Shown piece after piece: positions 41,493 to 52,087 of a stretch of 64,000 nt of DNA. Numbering within the stretch: position 1 is the first letter of the stretch; each line of letters begins with the position of its first letter. Origin of the DNA: an uncultured delta proteobacterium (GTDB taxonomy: Bacteria; Myxococcota_A; Polyangia; Polyangiales; Polyangiaceae). The stretch is from assembly GCA_963696385.1 (NCBI GenBank), contig CAVOKF010000004.1, positions 704,001-768,000 on the forward strand. The letters are read 5' to 3'. The position numbers and the translations under genes were made by a program. Under the pieces are notes generated by a model. That model was not told where the DNA came from and did no database searches. It was given only the letters and a program-made list of their open reading frames with translations.

Positions 41493-43037
41493 ATGCATGA
41501 CCCGGAGCCGATCGATCGCGGACTCAGTGCCAACGGGGGCCATGGCGCGGCGTTGCCTGGGCCGCTGACATCCATTCCGTCCAAGCAGGAGATCGGTCGG
41601 GCCGTGGCCGCGGCGCGAGCGGCCCAGTGGCACTGGCGACTCGAACCGTTGGAGACTCGGGTGGCGGCGCTTCGTCGTGCGGCGACGGCGATGCTGCAGA
41701 GGCGCGCGGAGGTCATGGCGCTGTCGCGCAAGGAAATCGGCAAGGTTGCCGCCGAAGCGCTGTTCTTCGAGGGGCTCGGCCCCCTCGACGCCATGGCCGC
41801 GTGGGCTCGGGTCGCGCGGACCGCGGCGAAGCGGCGACGGGTTTGGCTGAATCCACTCAGCTTTCCGCGCAAGAGCGCGTTCGTCGACTACGTGCCTCGC
41901 GGCGTCGTCGGCGTGATCGCCCCCTGGAATTATCCCGCGGCGGGCCTGTATCGGCCGATCTTTCCGGCTCTCATGACGGGCAATGCGGTCATCCTCAAGC
42001 CGTCGGAGCACACGCCGCGAACGAGCGCCTGGCTGGTCGACCGGCTGGCCGAGGAGCTTCCGGCGCGCCTCGTTCAGACTGTGCAGGGCGACGGTCGCAC
42101 GGCGACAGCGCTCATCGACGCCGGAATCGACGCATGCGTTTTCACGGGGTCCGTGCGCAACGGGCAGGCGGTTCGGATCCGCTGCGCCGAGCGCGGGATT
42201 CCTTCGAGCATCGAAATGGGGGGCAAGGACGCGGCGATCGTCCTTTCGGATTGCGACCTGCCCCGGACGGTCGCGGGCATCACCCACTGGGCGCTGAGCA
42301 ATGCGGGGCAGGCGTGCGGAGCGATCGAGATTGCCTACGTGGAGGAGGCGATCGCGGACGATTTCGTCGCCGCGATGCGTCGTGCGTGGACGCGATTGAC
42401 CGCCGAGTCGGTCGCGCCGCTCGGCAACCGCCAGCAACTCGACCTGGTGCGAGCCCACGTCGAAGACGCACGGGCCAAAGGGGCCGACGTCGTCAGCGGC
42501 GGCGTGGGCCCGGATTCCGGTCTCTGGTATCCGCCCACGCTTCTCGATCGGTGCGACGATCGCATGTCGGTCATCCGAGACGAGACCTTCGGCCCCATCC
42601 TCGCGATCGTTCGCATCGAAGCTCTCACGGAGGCGGTGCGAGGCATCAATCAGTCGCGGTACGGACTTGGGGCGTCGGTCTGGTCGCGCGATCTCTCGCG
42701 CGCACAGCGCATCGCCGAGCGCCTCGAGGTCGGCGTCGTGAACATCAACAACCATTCTTTCTCGGGAGCCATTCCTTCGCTGCCCTGGAGCGGCACACGC
42801 GAAACGGGGTTCGGCGTCGCCAATGGGGCCGAGTCGCTTCATACGTTCGTCCGCCCACGCGTGACGACGGTCGATGCGTCGCGCGGACCGGACCTGTACT
42901 GGATGCCCTACGACGATGCGCTGATGGATTTGGGCGAGAGGCTCGCCGAAGGGCAGCTCGGCAGGTTCGACGGGGCGTGGAAGCTGCCGCACTTGATCCG
43001 TCATCGCTTGAGGACGATTCGCGACTTCTTCCGGTGA
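41493..43037 (+). CDS. Aldehyde dehydrogenase
   Basis: GVIAPWNYP, LKPSEHTP, FTGS, EMGGKD, NAGQAC, ETFGP, YGLGASVWS. Confidence 0.93.
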   Translation: MHDPEPIDRGLSANGGHGAALPGPLTSIPSKQEIGRAVAAARAAQWHWRLEPLETRVAALRRAATAMLQRRAEVMALSRKEIGKVAAEALFFEGLGPLDAMAAWARVARTAAKRRRVWLNPLSFPRKSAFVDYVPRGVVGVIAPWNYPAAGLYRPIFPALMTGNAVILKPSEHTPRTSAWLVDRLAEELPARLVQTVQGDGRTATALIDAGIDACVFTGSVRNGQAVRIRCAERGIPSSIEMGGKDAAIVLSDCDLPRTVAGITHWALSNAGQACGAIEIAYVEEAIADDFVAAMRRAWTRLTAESVAPLGNRQQLDLVRAHVEDARAKGADVVSGGVGPDSGLWYPPTLLDRCDDRMSVIRDETFGPILAIVRIEALTEAVRGINQSRYGLGASVWSRDLSRAQRIAERLEVGVVNINNHSFSGAIPSLPWSGTRETGFGVANGAESLHTFVRPRVTTVDASRGPDLYWMPYDDALMDLGERLAEGQLGRFDGAWKLPHLIRHRLRTIRDFFR

Positions 43038-43156
43038 GCGCCCTGGGCTCGGGTCTCGCGGCCCGCCGATCTGCCTGGGAGATCGACCGGAAGAAACGAG
43101 CGGCGGCAGAGGCTCCACAGGAACTCGCGCACCCCCGCAGTGCCCCGCTCGGGCCT

Positions 43157-45055
43157 TCAGCCCAGTTGCTCGGCGATTCGCTCGCCGGCGCGTGTCGCCA
43201 CCGCCATGATGGTCAGCTGGGGATTGACTCCGAGAGGGCCGGCAACCGTGCTGCCGTCGACGACGTAGAGGCCCGGGACGTCATGGGCTTGGTGATCGAG
43301 CCCGACGACGCTCGTCTTGGGGTCGCGGCCCATCTTGCACGTCCCGAGCGGGTGGTAGCTGAGCCAGCTGATGTCGGCGGGCGCGATTCGAGCACGGCGA
43401 AAGCGGGCAAAGTCGGCGTCGCGTTCGATGGCGCCCGCCCCGAAAACGACCGGATAAAGAGCCTTTGCGCCCGCCGCGAGGCACATCTCGCCGGCATGAA
43501 CCATCGCGCGGTGCATCCGATCGACGTCCGCCGCGCTGATGCGGTACGTGATGAGCGGCAGGCCGCCGACATCGCGCCAGACGCGACCGTTCGGGCTCGC
43601 ATCGCGCAGGAGCAGTCCGAAGGAGGCGATGTGATCCATGCGTTCGAGGGTCGACATAAGCCGGCGGCCGGAGAACGGAAAGAGCATGGGCGCGACGTTG
43701 ACCGCGGGCTGCGCCGCGGTCATCAAAATCCCCTCCCGAAGGAATTGGTCGCACGCATAGCCCTGCGGAATGTGGCGATGCCCTTCGATCGCTTCGTCGA
43801 ATAGGGCCAAAAAGCCGCTGCTCGGGTGCGTGCTCAGATTGCGACCGACCTGTCCGCTGCGGTTCGCGAGACCCTGCTTGAGGAGCAGCAGCGGGGTCGG
43901 AATGGCGCCGCCCGCGAGTACGACCGCGCGTGCGCGGATGCGCACGCGCTCTCCGAGCCTCGACTCGGCCTCGATGCCCACGGCCCGGCCTCCCTCCAAG
44001 AGGACGCGCCGTGCGCGCGCTCCGGCGAACAGCACGCCGCCCCGTTGGAGGGCCGGCGGCAGGTAGGCAATCTGGGTGGACCGCCTCGCGTCCTGCCGGC
44101 ACCCGAAGTCACAGAAGCCGGACCCATCGCAGTCCGGCGCGTTGCGTGGGATCGGGCCGTGGCTCCATCCGAGCGCATCGCAGCCGCGCGCCATGACGTC
44201 GCCGATGGGACCGATGGTTGGCCTGCGGGCCGGCTGCACGTCGAGGATCCGCTCGACCCGGTCGAAGTACCGGCTCATCGCCGCCGGGGCGAAGTCGTCG
44301 GTGCCGAGCTCCTCGGTCCACCGTTCGAGGACCCAGTCGGGCGCACGAATGCACGTGCCGCCGTTGACCGCAGTGGAGCCACCCACCAAGCGGCCCATGA
44401 AGATGGGCATCACGACGTTGCCGACCGAAAACGCTGCGCGGTAAAAGCGCTGATGGGCGCGAACGCTGCTGCCGTCGAAGGCGTCGCGCAGGTAGTGCTC
44501 GCCTTCCTCGAGGAACACGACGGCATGGCCGTGGTCGGCGAGCTCGCGGCCGACGACCGCACCCCCGGCCCCGGTGCCGACGATCACGGCGTCGCATTCG
44601 ATGTCCTCGGTGTGACGGTCGATCCTTCGTATTTGGGCCGTCCATCTCGGGGACTCGACCGATTGCAGGACGTCCAGACTCGATCCGCTTTTCTTCCGAT
44701 CGACCCGATCGAAGTGGACGAGCTTGTACACGAGGCCGATGAGGACCAGCGGACCGCGCAGAGCCCCGTCTCGCTCCCAGCGTTGCAACAAAGCGTCCTG
44801 CTCAGCTGCAGAGAGTCGATGGAATCGCCGCCCCGTCCTGGCGATGGCGGCAGCGTCGAGCGCTTGGTGCGCGAGTTGCCACGCGCGCGCGAGCGCCGGA
44901 TGCATCGATTGAACGAGGCTGTCCGCCATGGCTTGGGTGCGCTCGTCGGCCCCGCCGTCATGGGTCGATCCAGGAATGATCGCCTCCGCGAGTGCGAGGG
45001 CCGATCGGCTCCGACCTGGGCGCGAGACGGAGAACGTGCGTGCCGCGTCATCCAC
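43157..45055 (-). CDS. GMC family oxidoreductase (long-chain alcohol oxidase-like)
   Basis: VIVGTGAGG, GRLVGGSTAVNGG, CDGSGFCDFGC, LAGGAIPTP.LL, GRNLSTHP, HPLGTCKMG, GVNPQLTIMA; start uncertain. Confidence 0.92.
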   Translation of the reverse strand: MDDAARTFSVSRPGRSRSALALAEAIIPGSTHDGGADERTQAMADSLVQSMHPALARAWQLAHQALDAAAIARTGRRFHRLSAAEQDALLQRWERDGALRGPLVLIGLVYKLVHFDRVDRKKSGSSLDVLQSVESPRWTAQIRRIDRHTEDIECDAVIVGTGAGGAVVGRELADHGHAVVFLEEGEHYLRDAFDGSSVRAHQRFYRAAFSVGNVVMPIFMGRLVGGSTAVNGGTCIRAPDWVLERWTEELGTDDFAPAAMSRYFDRVERILDVQPARRPTIGPIGDVMARGCDALGWSHGPIPRNAPDCDGSGFCDFGCRQDARRSTQIAYLPPALQRGGVLFAGARARRVLLEGGRAVGIEAESRLGERVRIRARAVVLAGGAIPTPLLLLKQGLANRSGQVGRNLSTHPSSGFLALFDEAIEGHRHIPQGYACDQFLREGILMTAAQPAVNVAPMLFPFSGRRLMSTLERMDHIASFGLLLRDASPNGRVWRDVGGLPLITYRISAADVDRMHRAMVHAGEMCLAAGAKALYPVVFGAGAIERDADFARFRRARIAPADISWLSYHPLGTCKMGRDPKTSVVGLDHQAHDVPGLYVVDGSTVAGPLGVNPQLTIMAVATRAGERIAEQLG

Positions 45056-45186
45056 GCGCGCGTTTGTATCACGGCGGCGCCGAAGGCCCCACCCGATGCC
45101 CCGGGCGGCCCGCCGGGATCCCGTCGCGCGGCCGGCGTCTTCGCGATCCCTTCTCGTGACACGAGCGCGTTGGCTATAGCGACGCT

Positions 45187-46035
45187 GTGCGAATTGCCCG
45201 ACGGATCGGCGCCGTGGGTGCGGTTCTTTGGTTCTGCCTCGCGGGGGCGCCGGCGGCGGCGCAAACGCCGGCGCCGACCCAAAGGCTGCGCTGGGATCCG
45301 CCACTCGACCTCGCCGTGACGCTGAGCGGCGCGGCCGCTTGGATCGCCAGCGAGATGCTCAAGCCCGACCTCGCCCCATCGCACTGCCGATGGTGCGGCG
45401 TGGACGCGGTGGACGCGGGCGTCCGCGGCGCGTTGGTCTGGCGCGACACGACCGCGGCCGACACGATCAGCAATCTCGCGGGGTTTGCCCTGATGCCTCT
45501 CGTCAGCGTGGGATTCGATTCCCTTGCGGCCGCTCACCAGCGTGCGCTCGGCAACGTGCCCGAAGACGCGTTGATCATCGCGGAGGCCGGTGTCGTGGCG
45601 GCCAATGTGACTCAGCTTACGAAGTGGCTCGTGGGTCGGGAGCGACCTTTTGTCCACGCCCTGCGACCCGAAGACAAACCGCGGACGGCCCAGCCTTCCG
45701 ACAACGACCTGTCGTTCTTTTCCGGCCACACGACGGAGGCCTTCGCACTGGCGGCTGCTTCGGGCACGATCGGCACGATGCGTGGCTACCGATGGGCGCC
45801 ACTGGCCTGGAGCGTGGGCGGTGCGGTCGCCGCCGCCACGGGCTACTTGCGCATCGCCGCAGACAAGCACTGGCTGACGGACGTCCTGACGGCAATGGTG
45901 GTCGGCATAGGGATTGGCGTGGCCGTGCCCTACGTGTTCCATTCCGCGATCGACGACCGGGCCCGCCCGTCGGCGTTGTCCGCCGTGCACGCGCAGGCTG
46001 TGCCGGGGGCGACCGCGCTGACCTTCGCGTGGTGA
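45187..46035 (+). CDS. PAP2 family phosphatase
   Basis: KWLVGRERP, SFFSGH, LRIAADKHWLTDV. Confidence 0.9.
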   Translation: MRIARRIGAVGAVLWFCLAGAPAAAQTPAPTQRLRWDPPLDLAVTLSGAAAWIASEMLKPDLAPSHCRWCGVDAVDAGVRGALVWRDTTAADTISNLAGFALMPLVSVGFDSLAAAHQRALGNVPEDALIIAEAGVVAANVTQLTKWLVGRERPFVHALRPEDKPRTAQPSDNDLSFFSGHTTEAFALAAASGTIGTMRGYRWAPLAWSVGGAVAAATGYLRIAADKHWLTDVLTAMVVGIGIGVAVPYVFHSAIDDRARPSALSAVHAQAVPGATALTFAW

Positions 46036-46109
46036 GGCAAGGGGGCCCGCAACGGACACGCCACGCGACTCCGGGCGCCGTCACGAGGCGGCCCGTCTGC
46101 GCCGAGCAT

Positions 46110-46165
46110 GAATTTGAAGACGATTTTCAAATTCTGGTTGACCAGAACATGATAATCACGTTCAA
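46110..46165. promoter_or_regulatory. Two Fur-like operator sites upstream of TonB-dependent receptor
   Basis: GAATTTGAA-N7-TTCAAATTC palindrome (46110-34) containing TTGAAGACGATTTTCAA; second site ATGATAATCACGTTCAA (46149-65); AT-rich island. Confidence 0.7.
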
Positions 46166-46179
46166 TTGCAACCTCGAGA

Positions 46180-48657
46180 ATGCGGCGGCCCCACGTCATC
46201 CGGACACGCCGTGCGCGCACGATGGCGGCGCTTCTCGCCCTAACGGCCATCGCGGCGGCGTGGCTCGTCGCCCGGGACGGACAGGCCGACGACCGCGCGC
46301 CGTCGCCGACAGGTGGCGATTCGCTCGCCACGCCGTTCGCACTGCGCGGCACGGTCCACGACCCGGCGCATACCCCCGTCGAAGGCTCCACGGTCGAAGT
46401 CTTCGGTTCCCTGAACGCCTCGGTTGCCCAGGCGCGCTCCGACGCCCACGGCGCCTTCGATCTGCCGCCGCTGCCGGGCGGCTCCTACCGCGTCGTCGTC
46501 AGCCACTCCGGCTTCCTGACGTCCGAGGTCGCCGTCGACCTTGGGCCGGCGACCGGACCGTTGGACCTGATTCTGGACGTCGCGGCCGCGGCGCAGGTCC
46601 CGGCGGTGCAAGAGGTGCAAGTGCGCGGAGACCGCGGAGCCGGGCCCGGGCAGACCGGCAGCAGCGTGTCTGTGCTCTCGCGAAAGGACGTGCAATCGCT
46701 GCCCGGCGGCGACGCCCAGAGCCTGAGCCAAATCATGCTCACGCAGCCCGGGTTCACTCCGGACACGTTCGGGCCGGACGGACTCCTGCACATCCGCGGT
46801 GAGGAAACGGGAGTCCTCTACGTCGTGGACGGGGTGCCGATTCCCGGCGGCCTTGCCGGTCAGTTCACCGACGTTCTTCCGACCGGGCTGGTGGAGGGGG
46901 TGCGCCTCATCAGCGGCGGGCAGCCGGTCGAGTACGGCCCGAATCCCGGCGGGGTCGTCGACGTCACGACCCGCCGCGGGACCGGTACTCCCGAAGGCGC
47001 AGTCCAGATGGTCTACGGCACCTACCAAAAGGCTCAGCCCTCGGCCTGGTATTCCCAGGCGTTCGGCAAAGCCGATGTCTTCGTGGCCGGCACTTTTCTG
47101 AGCACCGAGCGCGGACTGGACCCTCCGGCGGTGAGTCCCATCCTGCACGACGGCCTGAAATCCGGGAGCGCCTTTACGCGGATCGACGTTCGACCGAGCG
47201 AGCGCGAACGGATCGAGTTGCTCGCGAGGTACTCCCAGGCCGACTTTCAAATCCCAATCGATCCGACGCTCTTGCCGCTTTCGGACGGGCCACCCAACGC
47301 GATACGGGGGCCGGACGTCTATGGAAATAGCCCGCCGCAGTTCGTTCCGTACAACGCCAATCCGACCGAATCGGAGCGCGATCTGTTCGTGACCCTGTCG
47401 TATTCCTACGCTTTCCCGAGCGGCCGCGTACAAATCGCTCCGTACGTCCGCTCTTCGTACGGCGACTACGACTGCGATGCGGCCGGCTCACTGGGAGCCA
47501 CGGCCGACCCGGGATCGGCCTGCTCCGACGTCACGCGCAACCTCCTTCACGAAGGTCAGACCGCGACGGTGGCCTGGGCGGCGGGCGAAGAGCAGCGGTG
47601 GAAGGCCGGCGTCGCGTTCGACGCGGCCCAATCCGGCGTCGGCTACACCCAATTCACGCGCTACGCGTCGGCGATGGCCGGTCCGGATCCGGCCCTGACC
47701 ATCTCGGGCCGCAACGACACCCAGTTCTTTGCCGGTGGCGCGTTCCTTCAGGACGAAATGACGTTCGGGAAGCTCAAAATCTTCCCCGGTTTGCGGGCCG
47801 ACCTCCAGGACGCCAGCTTCGCCGGGACCCACGAGCCGAACCTTCTATTGACGGGCCCGAGCGCTCGCCTCGGTATGACTTACTCGTTCTCGAAGACCGT
47901 CGTGCTCCACGCGTTCGCAGGCTACATCTGGCAGCCCCCCAATGCGGTGGACGCGGCGGTGGCGGCGCGCGTCCTGAACGTCGCCCCCGGCCAGCCCATC
48001 TCCGTCGACGTCAAGGCCGAGAGGGACGAGTCGGCCGAGGTCGGCCTCTCGTACCGACTCCCGCGGCGATTCGAGGCAAGCCTGACCGGGTACGGACGCA
48101 TCTCGCAAGACACGCTGGACGTGCAGACCGTGGGCTCGACCAACCTCATCGAGGACTACAACTACGATCGGGGCCGGGCCGTGGGGGCCGAGTTCGTGGT
48201 CCGCGGTACGGCCAATCCGTACCTCCAAGGATTCGGCAACGCGAGCTGGAGCCTCGACCAAGGAAAGGGAATCGACTCGGGCCGCTACCTCTTCACGCAG
48301 GCGCAGCTCACCTACGGGGGTTGGCAGACTCTCGACCACGTGCAGCGATGGACCGTCAATGCCGGAGTCGATCTGCACGATGCGTCTGAGAAGAGCCACC
48401 TCGCGGTGCTCTTCCAGTACGGCAGCGGTCTGCGGACCGGCCCGGACAACAACGAGACGGTCCCGGGGCACGCCACGTGGAACCTGACCTTGCGGCACCG
48501 CTTCGACTTCCCGCCCATCCATCCGGAGGTCGCCGTGGATGTCTTCAACGTGTTCGACGCGGTGTACGCGCTGCGGATCGCGAACGGCTTCGTCGGCAGC
48601 GCGTACGGGGCGCTTCGCCAGGTCGACGTGCGTCTGATGGTCCCCTTCGGGGGCTGA
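46180..48657 (+). CDS. TonB-dependent outer membrane receptor
   Basis: Signal peptide, carboxypeptidase-regulatory-like N-domain, plug (LHIRG..YVVDGVP..EYG..GGVVDVTT), barrel end DVFNVFDAVY. Confidence 0.9.
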   Translation: MRRPHVIRTRRARTMAALLALTAIAAAWLVARDGQADDRAPSPTGGDSLATPFALRGTVHDPAHTPVEGSTVEVFGSLNASVAQARSDAHGAFDLPPLPGGSYRVVVSHSGFLTSEVAVDLGPATGPLDLILDVAAAAQVPAVQEVQVRGDRGAGPGQTGSSVSVLSRKDVQSLPGGDAQSLSQIMLTQPGFTPDTFGPDGLLHIRGEETGVLYVVDGVPIPGGLAGQFTDVLPTGLVEGVRLISGGQPVEYGPNPGGVVDVTTRRGTGTPEGAVQMVYGTYQKAQPSAWYSQAFGKADVFVAGTFLSTERGLDPPAVSPILHDGLKSGSAFTRIDVRPSERERIELLARYSQADFQIPIDPTLLPLSDGPPNAIRGPDVYGNSPPQFVPYNANPTESERDLFVTLSYSYAFPSGRVQIAPYVRSSYGDYDCDAAGSLGATADPGSACSDVTRNLLHEGQTATVAWAAGEEQRWKAGVAFDAAQSGVGYTQFTRYASAMAGPDPALTISGRNDTQFFAGGAFLQDEMTFGKLKIFPGLRADLQDASFAGTHEPNLLLTGPSARLGMTYSFSKTVVLHAFAGYIWQPPNAVDAAVAARVLNVAPGQPISVDVKAERDESAEVGLSYRLPRRFEASLTGYGRISQDTLDVQTVGSTNLIEDYNYDRGRAVGAEFVVRGTANPYLQGFGNASWSLDQGKGIDSGRYLFTQAQLTYGGWQTLDHVQRWTVNAGVDLHDASEKSHLAVLFQYGSGLRTGPDNNETVPGHATWNLTLRHRFDFPPIHPEVAVDVFNVFDAVYALRIANGFVGSAYGALRQVDVRLMVPFGG

Positions 48658-48680
48658 GGTTCGGACAACCAGGAGCGCGC

Positions 48681-48890
48681 ATGAAACCTCGTCCCCTCAC
48701 TCTCTGCGTGGTCGTGCTGATCCTCGTGGATTGCGGTCCATGGTACAACGACAGCGGAGCGGCGGATCCCGCCTCGTGGTGGCCGTGGAGTTGTGACGAC
48801 GGGGGCCCGGCACCCGAATCCGGCTGTCCGCCTCCGGCGATCTGTCCGGATGGCGGCGCCGACGATGCCGGAGCCGATGGCGGCTGTTGA
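48681..48890 (+). CDS. Small Cys/Trp/Asp-rich exported peptide (lipoprotein-like)
   Basis: AGGAG RBS; MKPRPLTLCVVVLILVDC then WWPWSC..C...C...C; 69 aa. Confidence 0.6.
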   Translation: MKPRPLTLCVVVLILVDCGPWYNDSGAADPASWWPWSCDDGGPAPESGCPPPAICPDGGADDAGADGGC

Positions 48891-49145
48891 ATCCGTGCCG
48901 ACGATCGCCGCGCCTTCGGCGACCCGGCCTATTCGATCGAGAAGAGCCCCGAGCGCGTAAGCCTACTGATCCCCATCGTGCACCGCCCAGGTGCGTCGAC
49001 CCGGCCACGGCTCGGGCGCGATGCGGCGCGGCGCGACCGACCGGAAGCCGGACACGAAGGGCCGTCGCCGGGAATGCCTGCGAGACAGGACAAGGCGATC
49101 GGCAATGTTCTCGGCTATGAGCGCCGCGTGCAGCGATCCGCCTCG

Positions 49146-50321
49146 ATGTCCGTCGACGAGGATCCGCCCCGTCGCGGGGGGTACGCGGCTGCGCTTGCCG
49201 TGTGCACGGTCAACCTGCTCGCGAACTTCGCGATCGGAATCGTGGTCCCCGTATTGCCGCTCTACATGCGCGGCGTGCTCGGCGCGAGCGACGTGAGCGT
49301 CGGCGTGGTCATGGCGTCGTACGCGGTCACGACGCTCGCCAGCCGCCCGCTGGGCGGTCTTTGGGGCGACCGGGTCGGCTATCGTCGTCCGGCCGCATCG
49401 GGGGCAGTGCTGATGGTCGTCGGGACGGCCGCGTACGGGCTCATTCGAACCGCAGCGTGGCTCCTGTCGTGCCGACTCCTCATCGGTCTAGGGGAGGGGC
49501 TGTCGCAGGCGGCTTGCATTACCTGGGCGGTGTCGCTCGCGCCCGCACGACGTCGGGCTGCCATCTTGTCGTATGCGGGCGTGTCGGGCTGGGTGGGGGT
49601 TGCGCTCGGCGCGCTCGTGGCTGACGCGGTGCTGGCGGGGGGAGGCTATGCCGGCGCGTTCGCGGTCGGTGCGATCGCGCCGGCCATCGGCCTTGCGGTG
49701 CTGGCGTTCATCCCGAGGGTCCGCGCGGGCGCGCGAGCGCACGCTTCGATCACTGGGCTTGCGGGAACGTTCGGGCGCCAAGGTGCCGCTTACGCGCTGG
49801 TGACGGTCGGCTATGCCGCGGTGCTGACGTTTGGTGCGCTGTTGCTTCGAGCGAGCGGCGGGGCTGCGCCCAGCCTGCTTTTGCACGCGTTCGTCGCGGG
49901 GGTCATCGGGGTGCGCATCGTTGCCGGCAACCTCCCCGCCCGCCTCGGCCCCGCGCGCACCGCGGCGCTGTGTGCCGGCGCACAGGCGATCGGGACGCTC
50001 ACCGTGGCGGTCACGGCGTCGCACCCGGGATGGGTTGCGGGGGCGGGTGTCGTCGCGGGGATGGGCTTCGGCTTGTCGTTCCCGTCTCTCGCCCTCGACG
50101 CCCTCGGCCGGGTGTCCCCCGGCGATCGGGGTGTGGCCATCGGGATCGTCTCGGCGTTTTTCGACGTCGGCTTGGCCGCGTCCGGCGTTCTGCTCGGCGG
50201 GGTCGCCGAGCGGGCCGGATACCCCGCCGCATTCGTCGTCTCTGCGGCCTGCGCGGCGCTCGCGGCGGTCATCGTCGTGCGGCGCCCCCGCGTCGCCGTT
50301 CACGCCGCGGCGCGCTCGTAA
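49146..50321 (+). CDS. MFS transporter
   Basis: VPVLPLY, RPLGGLWGDRVGYR motif A, RLLIGLGEG, about 12 hydrophobic segments. Confidence 0.9.
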   Translation: MSVDEDPPRRGGYAAALAVCTVNLLANFAIGIVVPVLPLYMRGVLGASDVSVGVVMASYAVTTLASRPLGGLWGDRVGYRRPAASGAVLMVVGTAAYGLIRTAAWLLSCRLLIGLGEGLSQAACITWAVSLAPARRRAAILSYAGVSGWVGVALGALVADAVLAGGGYAGAFAVGAIAPAIGLAVLAFIPRVRAGARAHASITGLAGTFGRQGAAYALVTVGYAAVLTFGALLLRASGGAAPSLLLHAFVAGVIGVRIVAGNLPARLGPARTAALCAGAQAIGTLTVAVTASHPGWVAGAGVVAGMGFGLSFPSLALDALGRVSPGDRGVAIGIVSAFFDVGLAASGVLLGGVAERAGYPAAFVVSAACAALAAVIVVRRPRVAVHAAARS

Positions 50322-50459
50322 CTCAGGCAAGGGTACCGGGGGTGTTGGCAGCGCCGGGGATCGGTGCTCGGGCCGGACGGGGAGCCGATCGTCGATCGCA
50401 CGTCCGCTGAAGCTGAAACGCGCGCTTTGGACCGTCGCAATGGCCTAGAGTCGCCGTCC

Positions 50460-52016
50460 GTGAACGGGCGTTGGTTTGTCCGCGGCGACATCGACGGATT
50501 CTTCGGTCTCTTCGTCGACAACTTGCTCCAGCTCATGCTGATTTCCGTCCTGTCGGGCGCGGTCTGCGGTTTGCCCGCCACGCTGGTTTCGGGACGCATT
50601 CTTCCGGGTGCCGCGATTTCGATCCTGCTCGGCAACGTGTTCTACGCCTGGCAGGCCAAGAAAACGGGTCGCCCCGACGCCACGGCGCTGCCCTTCGGTA
50701 TCAACACGCCGAGTCTCCTTGCCTACGTGTTTCTCATCATGGGGCCCGTGTTCCAAGAGAGCCATGATCCGATCCTGGCGTGGCGCGTCGGCCTCTTCGC
50801 AGGGCTCGCGAGCGGCGTCCTCGAGGGCGTCGGCGCGTTCGTAGGCGATCGCCTTCGGCGCCACACCCCGCGGGCGGCGCTCTTGTCGGCGCTCGCCGGT
50901 GTCGCGCTGACGTTCATCTCGATGGGGTTCGTGTTTCAGATCTTCGCGCGGCCGTGGATCGCTCTTTTGCCGGCGCTTCTTTTGCTCGCCACGTACGCGT
51001 CGCGCGCACGTCTTCCGTTCGGTGTTCCGGGCGGGTTGGCGGCCCTGGTCGTCGGGACCGCGCTCGCGTGGCTGATCCGCGCGTTTGAGCCCAGTCTTTT
51101 CGTTCCTCCGCACGAAGCGATCGCAATCGCGTTTCGACCGCCGGTGCCGGCCGTCGGCGAAGCCCTTGCGCTCGTCGCCGACGCGCGCGCCTACAAATAC
51201 ATGTCGGTCGTGCTGCCGATGGCGTTGTTCAACGTGATCGGATCGTTGCAGAATCTCGAGAGCGCCGAGGCGGCGGGCGACCGGTACGAGACGAGATCTT
51301 CGCTCTTGGCGAATGCGGCGGCCACCGTGGTCGCCGCCTTTTTCGGCTGTCCCTTTCCGACCACGATCTACATCGGGCACCCCGCCTGGAAGGCGATGGG
51401 AGCGCGCCGCGGATATTCGATTCTCAACGGCGTCGTGATCGCCGTTCTCTGCTTGGTGGGGGGGGTTCCGCTCGTGCTCAACGTGGTTCCGATCGAAGTG
51501 ACGCTCGGTATTCTTCTCTGGATCGGCCTCATCATCACGGCGCAGGCGTTCCAAGAGGTGCCGCGAGCCCACGCGATCGCGGTGGTGCTCGGGCTCATTC
51601 CGTCCTTGGCGGCATGGGCGCTCGTCCTCATTCAGACGACCCTTCGCATCGCTGGGACCGGGCTTTTCGCCGTTGCCCCCAAATTCGGCGCCGAGATGTA
51701 CATTGGCGGAATCATTGCGCTAAGCCAGGGCTTTCTTCTGACCTCGATGATCCTCGCGGCGCTGCTCGTCTTCGTGATCGAAAGGCGCTTCCTCCGCGCC
51801 GCCGGCTGGGCTCTCGCCGCCGCGGTTTTATCGATGATCGGTCTCATCCACGCGTACCAACTGACCCCCGCAGGGGTCGAAAACCGCTTTGGTTTCGCCG
51901 CCGCACCGGGATTTGGCGTCATGTATGCCCTCGCCGCCATGGGCCTCGTGGCCCTTCACTTCGTGGGGCCCGGCCCGCGACCGAGCTCAGCGTCGTCTGC
52001 CACCGATATCGCCTAG
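50460..52016 (+). CDS. NCS2/AzgA-like nucleobase permease
   Basis: GDIDGFFGLFVDNLLQ, TALPFGINTP, QNLESAEAAGD.Y, PFPTTIYIGHPAWKAMGAR. Confidence 0.85.
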   Translation: MNGRWFVRGDIDGFFGLFVDNLLQLMLISVLSGAVCGLPATLVSGRILPGAAISILLGNVFYAWQAKKTGRPDATALPFGINTPSLLAYVFLIMGPVFQESHDPILAWRVGLFAGLASGVLEGVGAFVGDRLRRHTPRAALLSALAGVALTFISMGFVFQIFARPWIALLPALLLLATYASRARLPFGVPGGLAALVVGTALAWLIRAFEPSLFVPPHEAIAIAFRPPVPAVGEALALVADARAYKYMSVVLPMALFNVIGSLQNLESAEAAGDRYETRSSLLANAAATVVAAFFGCPFPTTIYIGHPAWKAMGARRGYSILNGVVIAVLCLVGGVPLVLNVVPIEVTLGILLWIGLIITAQAFQEVPRAHAIAVVLGLIPSLAAWALVLIQTTLRIAGTGLFAVAPKFGAEMYIGGIIALSQGFLLTSMILAALLVFVIERRFLRAAGWALAAAVLSMIGLIHAYQLTPAGVENRFGFAAAPGFGVMYALAAMGLVALHFVGPGPRPSSASSATDIA

Positions 52017-52087
52017 GAGCCGCTTGCCGCGGGGGCGCCGTGGCTTCGGCGGTCCGAATGCCTTATACTAGGCATTAGGCGGCGATC

